Assembly (NCBI GenBank): GCA_016302065.1
Contig: JAEDOI010000001.1
Span: 2,754 to 66,753, forward strand
Direction: 5' to 3'
DNA length: 64,000 nt
DNA from: Bacilli bacterium
GTDB taxonomy: Bacteria; Bacillota_I; Bacilli_A; RFN20; CAG-826
This document shows, piece after piece, positions 30,189-40,512 of the stretch. Each line of letters starts with the position of its first letter. The stretch's first letter is position 1. Made by a program: the position numbers and the translations under genes. The notes beneath the pieces were generated by a model. That model had not been told where the DNA came from and did no database searches. It was given only the letters and a program-made list of their open reading frames with translations.

Positions 30189-30212
30189 GCCATTTAGGTC
30201 CCCCTAAATGGC
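30189..30212 (+). promoter_or_regulatory. intergenic stem-loop GCCATTTAGG-tccc-CCTAAATGGC between oppA and oppB
   Basis: 10-bp perfect stem with no following T-run. It is a possible transcript-processing or attenuation structure. Confidence 0.4.
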
Positions 30213-30252
30213 ATTATGCATATTTATAGACTTTATTAATGGAGGAAAAAAT

Positions 30253-31299
30253 ATGCCAAAATACGTTCTAAAAAGGTTAATTTTAGTATTATTTACGGCT
30301 TTTATTGTACTAAGTTTAACTTTTTTCTTATATAAATCATTGCCTCTTGACATTCCACTTGCTGGAGGAAAAGATGCTGCTGCAACATATTTACATAACC
30401 AATACATTTTAGGTTATGTAATTAGATTTAATGAAGCTCATCCAGAATATGGTGAATTGCTTGGTGGTAGAGGATTTGAGATTGGTAATACTGGGCAATT
30501 ATATTATTATTATTCACGCCCTATTATTGAACAATACTTTAATTGGTTAAAAAATATATTTACTAAATGGGATTGGGGAGTAAGTTCTAATCTTTATCCA
30601 AATCAATCTGCAATGGGAATAATTGTTAAAAAACTTCCAGTAACAATTGAATTAAACTTAATTTCAATAGTAATTTCCCTTCCACTTGGAATTATTATTG
30701 GAATTATTGCTGCTTTAAATAAAGATAAACCAATTGATCATGTTATTAATACATTAATTATGATCATTATTGCTTTACCTTCTTTTATTACAATTTTATA
30801 TTTAATTATTATATTTGGTTACAATTTACATTGGTTACCTGTTAGATTTGCTGATGCAACTGCACCATTTATTGAACATTTAAAATCACTAGTAATTCCT
30901 GTTTTAGCTCTTTCAATCGGAACTGTTGCAGGCTTTGCAAGATTTGTTAGAGCTGAACTTTGTGAAGTTATGAGTAGTGATTACCTTCTTCTTGCTCGTA
31001 CTAAGGGATTAACTAGAAGACAAGCTATCATTCATCACGCATTAAGAAATTCAATGGTTCCTGTAGTTCCTATGGTTATTGCAGAATTTATAGGGATTTT
31101 AGGTGGTTCAATGGTTCTTGAAAATCTTTACAACATTAGAGGTGTTGGAAATATTTATATGAATGCATATAGTGCAAAAGACTACACCTTACTTTTAGCA
31201 AATACAGCATTTTATACAATTATTGGTCTAGCAAGCAGCGTTTTAGTTGATATTTCATATGGATTTATTGATCCTCGTATTAGAATGGGGGCTAAATAG
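30253..31299 (+). CDS. oppB: oligopeptide ABC transporter permease OppB
   Basis: ABC TM1 permease fold with an EAA-like region (LLARTKGLTRRQ). GGAGG lies upstream of ATG 30253. Confidence 0.85.
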   Translation: MPKYVLKRLILVLFTAFIVLSLTFFLYKSLPLDIPLAGGKDAAATYLHNQYILGYVIRFNEAHPEYGELLGGRGFEIGNTGQLYYYYSRPIIEQYFNWLKNIFTKWDWGVSSNLYPNQSAMGIIVKKLPVTIELNLISIVISLPLGIIIGIIAALNKDKPIDHVINTLIMIIIALPSFITILYLIIIFGYNLHWLPVRFADATAPFIEHLKSLVIPVLALSIGTVAGFARFVRAELCEVMSSDYLLLARTKGLTRRQAIIHHALRNSMVPVVPMVIAEFIGILGGSMVLENLYNIRGVGNIYMNAYSAKDYTLLLANTAFYTIIGLASSVLVDISYGFIDPRIRMGAK

Positions 31300-31300
31300 T

Positions 31301-33382
31301 ATGGAAAAAGAAAAGTTTGAATATCTTGATAGTATGAGCAATCTTCAAGAGATTGAAATTAGTAAAGATGATTTTAAATTTGCTCAACAAGATACAAAGA
31401 TTCATGATATAAAAATTAAAAGTAAACCTGTAACTTTCTTTAAAGATGCAATTAGAAGATTTGTTAAAAATAAATCTAGTGTTGCAGGTGGTGCAATTCT
31501 TGGTTTGATTATTATTAGTGCAATAATTGGACCTGAAATTATGCCTAAATTTGGTTGCTTTGATGTTAATACAACCCATGTTATGTCGGCAGATGGAGTT
31601 AAGAGCGAAATATATCTTCCTCCAAAATTATTTGAAGCTGGTACTGGTTTCTTTGATGGAACGATTTCTAAATCTGATATTGTTTTTGATCAAATTGCAG
31701 AACAACCAGTCGGATATGAAATTAGAACAGTAAGCAACTTGAAAAAAACAGAGCAGTATTTAGATCAAGCTGCTAAATACGGTACTGGGGGATTCATTAA
31801 TCTTACTTATAATAATTTAAGTAATGATGAAATTGCAGATTTCTATTCATACAAATACGATTATGATTTCTTAAATGATTATACAATTGAATATAGATTT
31901 ATTAAACCATATGTAAGTGGATATAAAGAGGCAAAATATAGAATCTCATTAATGACATTATCTGGAAAAGAAAAAACATATTATCCTCTTACTGGAAACG
32001 ATTTAACTTATGTTCCATTCACTCAAGAAACTGATAATAAAGAGGGATTTATTACTACATTATTTGATAAAAACGAACAAGGCACAATATCAATTAATGT
32101 TAGTGAAATAATGTCTACTAAATATGGAATTAGTTCTCTTGAAGGAGGAAGAATTAATATTGATGTATTAACTGATAGAGAAAAAGATAAATCTTCAATC
32201 TTTATTGAAAAATTACTAATTAGTTCAAGTAGCGATACTAATACTGATAGTGTTAGTTTAAGAAGTATTGAATATGCAAATGATTGTGCTATACAAGAAC
32301 AAAAAGTTAGTGAAGATGGGAAAATTGATAAAGTATTTAATAAGAAATATTGGACTTCATTAAGTAGTAGTAGAAGTATTCACGATGTTAAATTTGTTAA
32401 ATGCAGTTTTACTTATGACATTTATGAAGATTGTTATGGAGTAAAATTAATGAAAATTCCCGCATTTAAAATTAATGAATGGATAAACACTGGACTTATT
32501 ACATATGATCCAACTGGTGGACCAACTGAAGATAAGGAAGTATTAGCTTCAAGATATCAATCATTAAGCAAAAAAGATCCAATAGTTGAAATTGTTAGAC
32601 AAGAAGGAAATGCAATTTGGAATAATGAAGATAAAAACTACACTGGATTCTACTTATACTGTAATATTTCTCAATATAAATATTTAGGATATCCATTTAA
32701 ACCAAAATATTTATTTGGCACTGATCAATATGGAAGAGACTATTTAAAAACTATTCTTACATCATTAAGATTATCATTGGTATTAGCATTTGGTTGTGCA
32801 TTATTAAATATTCTTATTGGTATTGTTTGGGGTTCCATTTCTGGATACTTTGGTGGAATTGTTGATATTACAATGGAAAGATTCTGTGATATCGTTAGTG
32901 GTCTTCCATCAATTGCTATCATTACATTATGTTTATTGCATTTTAAAAACGATATGTTAGCCTTTATAATTTCGATGTTTATGACTGGATGGATGGGTGT
33001 TGCTGGAAGAACTAGAACTCAATTCTATAGATATAAAGGTAGAGAATATGTCCTTGCTTCTAGAACTTTAGGTGCTAGAGATGGAAGATTAATCTTTAGA
33101 CATATTTTACCTAATGCTATGGGAACAATTATTACCTCATCAATTTTAATGATTCCTAGTGTTATTTATTCTGAGGCAAGCATTGCTTACTTAGGATTAG
33201 GATTAAAAGGACAACTTATGTTTGGTGTTATTCTTACGGAAAATAGTAATATTTTCCAAGGATATACTATGTATTTGTTAATTATTCCTACAATTATAAT
33301 GGCGTTCTTACTGGTTTCGTTTAACTTATTTGGTAATGGATTAAGAGATGCATTTAATCCTTCACTTAAAGGAGAAGATTAA
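31301..33382 (+). CDS. oppC: oligopeptide ABC transporter permease OppC with a roughly 450-aa N-terminal extracytoplasmic insertion
   Basis: The C-terminal roughly 230 aa is a BPD-type permease. A large hydrophilic domain lies between TM1 and the core, as in Mycoplasma OppC. Confidence 0.8.
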   Translation: MEKEKFEYLDSMSNLQEIEISKDDFKFAQQDTKIHDIKIKSKPVTFFKDAIRRFVKNKSSVAGGAILGLIIISAIIGPEIMPKFGCFDVNTTHVMSADGVKSEIYLPPKLFEAGTGFFDGTISKSDIVFDQIAEQPVGYEIRTVSNLKKTEQYLDQAAKYGTGGFINLTYNNLSNDEIADFYSYKYDYDFLNDYTIEYRFIKPYVSGYKEAKYRISLMTLSGKEKTYYPLTGNDLTYVPFTQETDNKEGFITTLFDKNEQGTISINVSEIMSTKYGISSLEGGRINIDVLTDREKDKSSIFIEKLLISSSSDTNTDSVSLRSIEYANDCAIQEQKVSEDGKIDKVFNKKYWTSLSSSRSIHDVKFVKCSFTYDIYEDCYGVKLMKIPAFKINEWINTGLITYDPTGGPTEDKEVLASRYQSLSKKDPIVEIVRQEGNAIWNNEDKNYTGFYLYCNISQYKYLGYPFKPKYLFGTDQYGRDYLKTILTSLRLSLVLAFGCALLNILIGIVWGSISGYFGGIVDITMERFCDIVSGLPSIAIITLCLLHFKNDMLAFIISMFMTGWMGVAGRTRTQFYRYKGREYVLASRTLGARDGRLIFRHILPNAMGTIITSSILMIPSVIYSEASIAYLGLGLKGQLMFGVILTENSNIFQGYTMYLLIIPTIIMAFLLVSFNLFGNGLRDAFNPSLKGED

Positions 33383-33383
33383 T

Positions 33384-35465
33384 ATGAGTGAAAAAATATT
33401 GTCTGTAAAAGATTTAGTTGTTTCCTTTAAGACGGATAGAGGAATAGTTCATGCAGTAAGAGGCGTTAGTTTTGACCTTTATAAAGGTGAAACATTGTGC
33501 ATCGTCGGTGAAAGTGGAAGTGGAAAATCTGTTACTAATAAAGCAATTATTGGAATTAGTAGTGCTAATGCAATTATTGAAAATGGACAGATTATCTATG
33601 AAGGAGAAGATTTAGTTAAAGTTAGTGAAGAAGAATTCCATCGTATTAGAGGTAAAAAGATTGGAATGATTTTCCAAGATCCATTAAGTGCTTTAAATCC
33701 AACTATGAGAGTTGGTAAGCAAATTATGGAAGCCACTTTAATTAATAAAAATATTCTAAAAAAATATTATGAAGAATTAATTTCTAAAGAACTGTGTGAA
33801 TACCGTAATGCTATTTCAAGTGCTACTTTTGACAACAGAAAATATGAAGAGGAAATTAAAAAGAACAAGGAAATCGTAGAGAATTTAAAAAAACTTGAAA
33901 AGAAAGAATTAACTTTAGAAAAGAAAATTATAATTTTCACAAATAAAATTAATTCTTTATCAACAACTTCTTTAAATTCAAAAGATGAATTAGTAAAAGA
34001 TAAAAAGACTGATAAATTATCTGTTAAATTAAGTGAATTAAAGAATGAACTTGTTGAAACAAGACAAGATATCACCAATATTAAAAATGACATTAAAAAA
34101 GATATTAGTTTAACAAAGAAAAAATTGGAAAACGATATTAATATTAATGATGCTAAAATTAAGTCTATTGAAAACTCAATACCTTCACTTGAAACAGAAT
34201 TAAAAAGAAATATTGCTACTAATCAAATTCAAAAACTTCAAAAATTAAATGGCGAATTTAGTGCTTTAATCGAAAAATACGCAGTATTTACTGGTGATTT
34301 TTATGAATTCTTTAAAATTAGGAAAATTGATTTAAAGAAATTAACTAAGGTAAATGACACCTTATTAAAATCTCAATTACCATTATTAAAGAAAGATCTT
34401 AGTATTAGAAAGAAAGAAGCAAAAAAACTTACTAAAATCCATAAAAAAGAATTAATTGAGAAAAAAGATAAGGAACTAAATGAATTAAAAGTTAAATTAG
34501 ATGCATTAAAATTACAATTAAAAGAATATGAAAGTAGTTTAGATGAAAATAAATTAGCATTAATAAAAGGTGTTATTTTATCTAATAAAAAGAAAGAAAA
34601 ATTAATCGCAAAATTAAATAATAAATATAAAGAAGTTAATCTTTCTAAAGTTAGTAAGGATAATAAATTAGAATTAGATGAAATTCCTGATTCTAAATAT
34701 AAACAACTATTTGAAGAGATTAGAAATGTTGAAAAAGAAATTAAATTAATCCATGAAGAGTTCTTAAAGAATACTAAAATATCGAAATTTGAAGCAAAGA
34801 GAATGGCTTTAAAGGTTATGAAAGAAGTTGGAATTCCTCTTCCTGAAAGAAGATTTAGACAATATCCGTTTGAATTTAGCGGTGGTATGAGGCAAAGAAT
34901 TGTTATTGCAATTGCTCTTATTGCAAATCCTGATATTTTAATTTGTGATGAACCAACAACCGCTCTTGACGTTACAATTCAAGCCCAAATATTAGATTTA
35001 ATTAATGATTTAAAAAAGAAGAGAGGTTTGAGTTGTATCTTTATTACTCACGATTTAGGTGTTGTTGCCCACATGGCTGATAGAGTTGCTGTTATGTATG
35101 CTGGTAAAATTGTTGAATATGGAACAGTTGATGAGATATTCTTTGAACCAAAACATCCATATACATGGGCTTTATTATCTTCAATTCCAGATATTAATAG
35201 TAAGGAAAAGCTTGAATCTATTCCAGGCACTCCTCCAGATATGTTATATCCTCCAGTTGGGGATGCGTTTGCCTTAAGAAGTAAGTATGCTCTTGATATA
35301 GACTTTAAATATGAACCACCATTCTTTAAGGTTAGTGATACGCATTATGCTGCTACTTGGCTCTTACATAAAGATGCACCAGTTGTTGCTATGCCAAAAA
35401 TTGTTGAAGAACGTATTAAAAATGCAAAAAAATTAGATGAGGAGATGGGCTATGGGAAAGAATAA
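33384..35465 (+). CDS. oppD: oligopeptide ABC transporter ATPase OppD with a roughly 350-aa coiled-coil insertion
   Basis: Walker A GESGSGKS, Q-loop IFQDP, a long K/E/L-rich segment, then signature FSGGMRQR, Walker B ILICDEPTTALD and the oligopeptide C-terminal domain. Confidence 0.85.
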   Translation: MSEKILSVKDLVVSFKTDRGIVHAVRGVSFDLYKGETLCIVGESGSGKSVTNKAIIGISSANAIIENGQIIYEGEDLVKVSEEEFHRIRGKKIGMIFQDPLSALNPTMRVGKQIMEATLINKNILKKYYEELISKELCEYRNAISSATFDNRKYEEEIKKNKEIVENLKKLEKKELTLEKKIIIFTNKINSLSTTSLNSKDELVKDKKTDKLSVKLSELKNELVETRQDITNIKNDIKKDISLTKKKLENDININDAKIKSIENSIPSLETELKRNIATNQIQKLQKLNGEFSALIEKYAVFTGDFYEFFKIRKIDLKKLTKVNDTLLKSQLPLLKKDLSIRKKEAKKLTKIHKKELIEKKDKELNELKVKLDALKLQLKEYESSLDENKLALIKGVILSNKKKEKLIAKLNNKYKEVNLSKVSKDNKLELDEIPDSKYKQLFEEIRNVEKEIKLIHEEFLKNTKISKFEAKRMALKVMKEVGIPLPERRFRQYPFEFSGGMRQRIVIAIALIANPDILICDEPTTALDVTIQAQILDLINDLKKKRGLSCIFITHDLGVVAHMADRVAVMYAGKIVEYGTVDEIFFEPKHPYTWALLSSIPDINSKEKLESIPGTPPDMLYPPVGDAFALRSKYALDIDFKYEPPFFKVSDTHYAATWLLHKDAPVVAMPKIVEERIKNAKKLDEEMGYGKE

Positions 35466-36864
35466 AGAAGAAAAAAAGGTAGTATCCACTGATGAAGTTT
35501 ATGATGAAAGTGCTCTCTTTGAATCTAAAGATGATGCTATATTTAAAAGTAATATTCTTCATTCAAAAGAAGAATTAAAAGAAGCATCTTTTTCTAAAAG
35601 TGATGAAAACGAAGCTAAAGAACATACTTTAACAAAAGAAGATGATCTTGATAAACTTTTAGAAAAAGAACATAAATTAAATATAAGAGAACCTAAATTT
35701 AAAGAAGAATATGTAAAAAACAATGTTATTTTGAGTGTTAATCATTTAAAGCAATATTTTTTCTTTGGTGTAGGCCCAAAACGTTTCAAACTAAAAGCTG
35801 TTCATGATGTCTCTTTCCAAGTTCATGAAAAAGAAGTTTTTGGAATTGTTGGAGAAAGTGGATGTGGTAAAACTACAACAGGAAGAAGTATTATTAGACT
35901 TTATGATATTACTAGCGGATCTATTTATTATAAGGGTTATCGAATTGCTGCTGGCAGTAGATGGAATGAAAAAGAAATTAAATATTCTAAAATTAGATTT
36001 AGAAATCTAAAGAAAGAACTCGGCATAAAATTAAAAAAGGGTGAAATTTCATTAGAATCTTATCAAAATCAATTATGTGAAGCTAAAGCTCATTTAGAAA
36101 AAGTAGTAAAACTTCAAAAATTAAAAATTGCTCACATTAAGCATGATCATCGTCATCCAAAAAAAGATTTATTAAAAGAGATACAAATGATTTTCCAAGA
36201 TCCAATTGATTCTCTTGATCCAAGAATGACTGTTGAAACCATTATTAGTGAAGGTCTTCAAATACAAGGTTTCCACAATAAAGAAGAAAATCATAAAAAA
36301 GTTGTTGAAGCTTTAGAAAAAGTTGGTTTAATTGAAGATTATGCTAATAGATATCCACATGAATTTAGTGGAGGTCAAAGACAAAGAATTGGTATTGCAA
36401 GAGCCTTAATTATGAATCCAAAATTATTGATTTGTGATGAACCAATCTCTGCCCTTGATGTTTCAATTAGAGCTCAAATTATTAACTTACTTGAAGATTT
36501 AAAAGAATCGATGGGTTTATCTATTATATTCATTGCTCACGATTTGAGTGTTGTTAAGTACTTCTGTGATAGAATTGCGGTAATGTATTTTGGAGAAATT
36601 GTTGAACTTGCAACAAGTGAAGAATTATTTAAACATCCTCTTCATCCATATACAAAATCATTATTGAGTGCCATTCCTTTACCAAACCCTCATCTTGAAA
36701 AGAAGAGAAAGAGAATTGTTTATAATCCTCAAGATTGTCATGATTACTCGAAGGAAAAGCCTGTTCTTCAAGAAATTCTTCCTGGACACTTTATATTAGC
36801 AAATAGCGAGGAAATGGTTAAATATAACAAGGAAATTGAACAATTAGATTTAAAGAATAAATAA
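35452..36864 (+). CDS. oppF: oligopeptide ABC transporter ATPase OppF with an N-terminal extension and an internal insertion
   Basis: Walker A GESGCGKTT, signature FSGGQRQR and Walker B LLICDEPISALD. A roughly 100-aa charged N-terminal extension is also present. Confidence 0.85.
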   Translation: MGKNKEEKKVVSTDEVYDESALFESKDDAIFKSNILHSKEELKEASFSKSDENEAKEHTLTKEDDLDKLLEKEHKLNIREPKFKEEYVKNNVILSVNHLKQYFFFGVGPKRFKLKAVHDVSFQVHEKEVFGIVGESGCGKTTTGRSIIRLYDITSGSIYYKGYRIAAGSRWNEKEIKYSKIRFRNLKKELGIKLKKGEISLESYQNQLCEAKAHLEKVVKLQKLKIAHIKHDHRHPKKDLLKEIQMIFQDPIDSLDPRMTVETIISEGLQIQGFHNKEENHKKVVEALEKVGLIEDYANRYPHEFSGGQRQRIGIARALIMNPKLLICDEPISALDVSIRAQIINLLEDLKESMGLSIIFIAHDLSVVKYFCDRIAVMYFGEIVELATSEELFKHPLHPYTKSLLSAIPLPNPHLEKKRKRIVYNPQDCHDYSKEKPVLQEILPGHFILANSEEMVKYNKEIEQLDLKNK

Positions 36865-36871
36865 TTTAGTA

Positions 36872-36900
36872 AATTGGTCACTTCATGTGACCAATTTTTG
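36872..36900 (+). terminator. rho-independent terminator after oppF
   Basis: AATTGGTCAC-ttcat-GTGACCAATT followed by TTTT. Confidence 0.6.
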
Positions 36901-36922
36901 TTTATGAAAACACGTGTAAAAA

Positions 36923-37915
36923 GTGTATAATTTTTATATGAATAATAAATTTAAATTACTATTAAGTGTTACATTTATAATTCCTCTTGTAGCATGTTCT
37001 AGTGTTAAACACTATTCGTTAAAAGATTATGAATTAAATATGGAATTTAATAATAATTCCTTTAAGATTATGCAATTAACTGACATACATTTAGGTGTTC
37101 AAGTTGATAATGTTAAAGAAATGAAATTTATTAGATCTTTTATCGAAGAAAATAAACCTGATTTAATTGTCACTACTGGCGACACTTTCTTAGATGCAAA
37201 TAAAAGTATTGTGAAATTTTTCTTTGATAAAATGGATGAAAATGAAATTCCATATGCTTTTACATATGGAAATCATGATTTACAAGGAACATATAATAGT
37301 GAATTTATTCATAAAACAATTTCAAAAGCAAAATATGCAATGTATAAAGATTATCCAGACGATGATTTGTTTGGAAGAACAAACTATTACATTAATTTAA
37401 ATAAAAACAATAATACATTGTATAGACTTTATATAATTGATAGTAATTCATACAGTTATCAAGGAACTAAATATAGTTATGATGTAATTCATGAAGATCA
37501 ACTTGAACATATTTCTAAAATAAATGCAAAAAACCCATGTTTTGGCCTATCTTTTTTTCATATTCCTTTAATTGAATATCAAGAAACATATGATAGATAT
37601 GTTAAAGGAGAGGTTAAAGGAAAAGGTGAAAATAGAGAACCATCATGTCCTGGTTATGCTAATAATGATGTATTAAAGAAATTATATGATGCAAATATTA
37701 GAGCATCATTTGTTGGTCATGATCATATTAATTATAGTGATGTAGTTTATGATGGATTTAGTGATGATTTTATTCTTTCTTATGGTGTAAAAGCTAATAA
37801 AACAATATATGGAAATGATGACATTATGGGTTGTAAAATCATAACTTTAAATAGTGAGAACGTTGGCATTTCTTTAGATAATATTGAGGCAAAATTCTAT
37901 GATTACAGTATATAA
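36923..37915 (+). CDS. metallophosphoesterase (calcineurin-like) lipoprotein
   Basis: Lipobox LVAC. Motifs GDTF, GNHD and GHDH. Confidence 0.7.
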   Translation: MYNFYMNNKFKLLLSVTFIIPLVACSSVKHYSLKDYELNMEFNNNSFKIMQLTDIHLGVQVDNVKEMKFIRSFIEENKPDLIVTTGDTFLDANKSIVKFFFDKMDENEIPYAFTYGNHDLQGTYNSEFIHKTISKAKYAMYKDYPDDDLFGRTNYYINLNKNNNTLYRLYIIDSNSYSYQGTKYSYDVIHEDQLEHISKINAKNPCFGLSFFHIPLIEYQETYDRYVKGEVKGKGENREPSCPGYANNDVLKKLYDANIRASFVGHDHINYSDVVYDGFSDDFILSYGVKANKTIYGNDDIMGCKIITLNSENVGISLDNIEAKFYDYSI

Positions 37916-38807
37916 GCAAAAAGATACAAGAACGAAACATTATATATCTATTACCTTGTTTTTAGTTTTACTATTAATTATTGGTCCTATTTCTTACTTT
38001 TATGGAATCACTTATTTAATTAGTGTTATTACAAATAAATTTTTTGAAATAGTAATGAATTTAGCGCCATTATTATCATATATCGGTGTTTGTTGTTTGA
38101 TAATGTACTATTATTATTTTATTTTTATACATCGAACAAAAATGCCTATCGCATTAAGTGTACTAATTGTTTTAGGTTTATTTTTTCTTGCTTCTAGCGT
38201 AATGTATGTTTTAAATGGTGTTTATTTAGTTAATAACATAAAAGCATTTTTATTTAAAAACTACTATGATTTTCATTTTCTTTTAGGCTTTTTACTTCTT
38301 TTAATTGGAATAGCAGTCTTTATAATTGAGTTGGTTTCGTTTATAAAAGGTAAGAATTCAATAGCTAATCTTCTTGTTGATAAAACATTAATTAAATTTA
38401 AAAAAAGCTATGCTTTCCTATTTATTTTGTTAACAATCCTGTTTTTATACTTATTTTATAGTTTTTTCACATATATATTTATTGGACAAAAAATTAATAT
38501 TGAAAGTGTTTTTGTTGGTTTAATATTGTTTGTTAATATTTTTGATTATTTATTTGCTCTTAATTCTTTTAAACAAAGGATAAGCAATTTTTCTCTTATT
38601 AATCTTTTTGTCTTAAATGTCTTTATGATTGTTTTATTTATTTCTTTAGAAATTGACAATCCATCATTTTTGATTCAATATATAAAACCAATCTGTCCAT
38701 TAGATTATGCTATTTCTTTCCCAGTTTTACCTATTCTTATTCTTTTAAATATGGTAGGAACAACTGCGATTTCGTTGTTATCAGTTTTATCATTTAAACA
38801 AAAATAA
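37899..38807 (+). CDS. polytopic membrane protein, hypothetical
   Basis: At least eight hydrophobic helices. No recognisable motif. Confidence 0.4.
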   Translation: MITVYKQKDTRTKHYISITLFLVLLLIIGPISYFYGITYLISVITNKFFEIVMNLAPLLSYIGVCCLIMYYYYFIFIHRTKMPIALSVLIVLGLFFLASSVMYVLNGVYLVNNIKAFLFKNYYDFHFLLGFLLLLIGIAVFIIELVSFIKGKNSIANLLVDKTLIKFKKSYAFLFILLTILFLYLFYSFFTYIFIGQKINIESVFVGLILFVNIFDYLFALNSFKQRISNFSLINLFVLNVFMIVLFISLEIDNPSFLIQYIKPICPLDYAISFPVLPILILLNMVGTTAISLLSVLSFKQK

Positions 38808-38900
38808 TCGTGATTTCATATACTTTTAAAAGTCTATATTAGTAGTAATATTTAAGGATTTTATGTTAAATATGGCTTATTTCTTATTGTTTTTAGCTTT

Positions 38901-40211
38901 TTAATAAGTTGTTGTAACAGTAAGGTAGTAAGGATAATCAAATAAATCTTTTGAATATCTAAATTCCATATTAGCTCTTTGAGAATCATTATTCCAATCA
39001 ATAAGGAATTGGTCGTATACGCAAGTATAATTATCACTAGATACCATTTTTTCATAATATGTATCAGTTATATATGGGTTATTAGTAACATCGAGATCAA
39101 TATTAATTTTTCCAACTCCAATATTAAAATTAGAATGGACATGAAGTCTTTCAAGTAAATATTTATATTCGTTTTCTCCATGATAATAATATAAATCAGC
39201 ATATACTTTTATTAAGCTTTTAATATTTAAATAACATTGATAATAGTCATTTGTTCCATCGTTTGTAAGTTGAAATGATTTAAAGAAATCAAGAGGATCA
39301 GTATCCTTGCCTAAATTAACAAATTTCTCAATTTCTTTTAATGTTTCACCAGCATTTAAAGAAAAATCAAAAATGTAATACATCATGTCATTTACTATTT
39401 GACCTTGGGTTAATTTTAAATATGTTTCTTCCTTAGTATAAACTGGAGCTGACCATTCACTCCAAGAATTGAATACAGTTTTTCTAGATGCTGTTTGATG
39501 AGAATTAAAATGAGTTTTATTAACATATGCATCTGTATCTTTAATAAAGAAACGAGTTGTATAATTATCTTTATCTAATGTTGCGCTAGTGCCAAATGTT
39601 GGCTTATCTTCCTTAATACTTTCTGGAAGGGTAATTTCAATTAATCCATCGATTGTAAATAAATTATTCTCATCAACTGTGTCACCAACTTTAAGATATA
39701 TATTAACACTTGCATTAATGTCTGCGTTTAAAAGTAAAGTAGCTAGACCGCTTGTTTTGAATTTCAAGTTTCCAGACATTTCATAATCACGTCTATTAGT
39801 TGTAGCAATACCAATTTTTGTAAGTAAAGGTAGAGTTGTTAAATCAACATACCCAATATTATCTTTGGTAGCAAAAGAAGTGGTATTTGAACTATTAAAT
39901 TCTTTTAAAATAGCAAAAGTAATGTCACCACTACAACCATTATACGTCATATCTTTAATAGTTATACTGATCACATTATTTAAGTCTTCAGGATTAAAAT
40001 TAACACTAAATGAAGTAGGATTTTCAGTTTTAGTATTATATGTAAAATCTAGTTGAAAAGAAGTGTTAGCTTCTATTTTTATATTATCTATATTGTTTGA
40101 GACAAAGTTTAAAACAGCACCTACGTAATCTGTTTTAGTGGTTGAATTTTCTACCTCATTTCCTAACATTTGGTTAATTATAGGTAAATAATCTTCTAAA
40201 TAGATATACAA
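38901..40211 (-). CDS. C-terminal portion of a large surface protein; probably a fragment of a frameshifted gene
   Basis: Its reading frame stays open upstream to 40511 and overlaps the end of the 887-aa ORF. No independent signal peptide is present. Confidence 0.5.
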   Translation of the reverse strand: MYIYLEDYLPIINQMLGNEVENSTTKTDYVGAVLNFVSNNIDNIKIEANTSFQLDFTYNTKTENPTSFSVNFNPEDLNNVISITIKDMTYNGCSGDITFAILKEFNSSNTTSFATKDNIGYVDLTTLPLLTKIGIATTNRRDYEMSGNLKFKTSGLATLLLNADINASVNIYLKVGDTVDENNLFTIDGLIEITLPESIKEDKPTFGTSATLDKDNYTTRFFIKDTDAYVNKTHFNSHQTASRKTVFNSWSEWSAPVYTKEETYLKLTQGQIVNDMMYYIFDFSLNAGETLKEIEKFVNLGKDTDPLDFFKSFQLTNDGTNDYYQCYLNIKSLIKVYADLYYYHGENEYKYLLERLHVHSNFNIGVGKINIDLDVTNNPYITDTYYEKMVSSDNYTCVYDQFLIDWNNDSQRANMEFRYSKDLFDYPYYLTVTTTY

Positions 40212-40477
40212 TAAATTTGATTCAGTTATTTTTGTTATCTCTTGTAAAGCATCAACTACATTATAATCATATGTGTAGGCTTGAATTTTATCATTGTATT
40301 GAAGCTTAATTAACGAGTCATTTTCGCTTGTCGATGTATCTTCTTCTTTTTTAATTTGAATTGTATCAGTGGTAGTAACGTTACTACTATCAATCGTAGT
40401 AGTAACGAACTTACCTTCTAATAGTCCACTTACTTCAAGTGGACTATTAGTGTTGTTTAGCCAACCGTCAAGCGTTA

Positions 40478-40512
40478 TTTGCCTCGGATTGGCATCATTG
40501 CCTCGGATTGGT
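40478..40512. repeat. 14-bp direct repeat TTGCCTCGGATTGG x2, period 19 nt, at the junction of the two surface-protein ORFs
   Basis: Read directly from the sequence. It is GC-rich relative to its context. Confidence 0.8.

Noticed and set aside
38861-39055. 64-aa ORF overlapping the 3' end of the 436-aa surface-protein fragment
   Set aside because: It lies fully inside a longer ORF in another frame and has no RBS.
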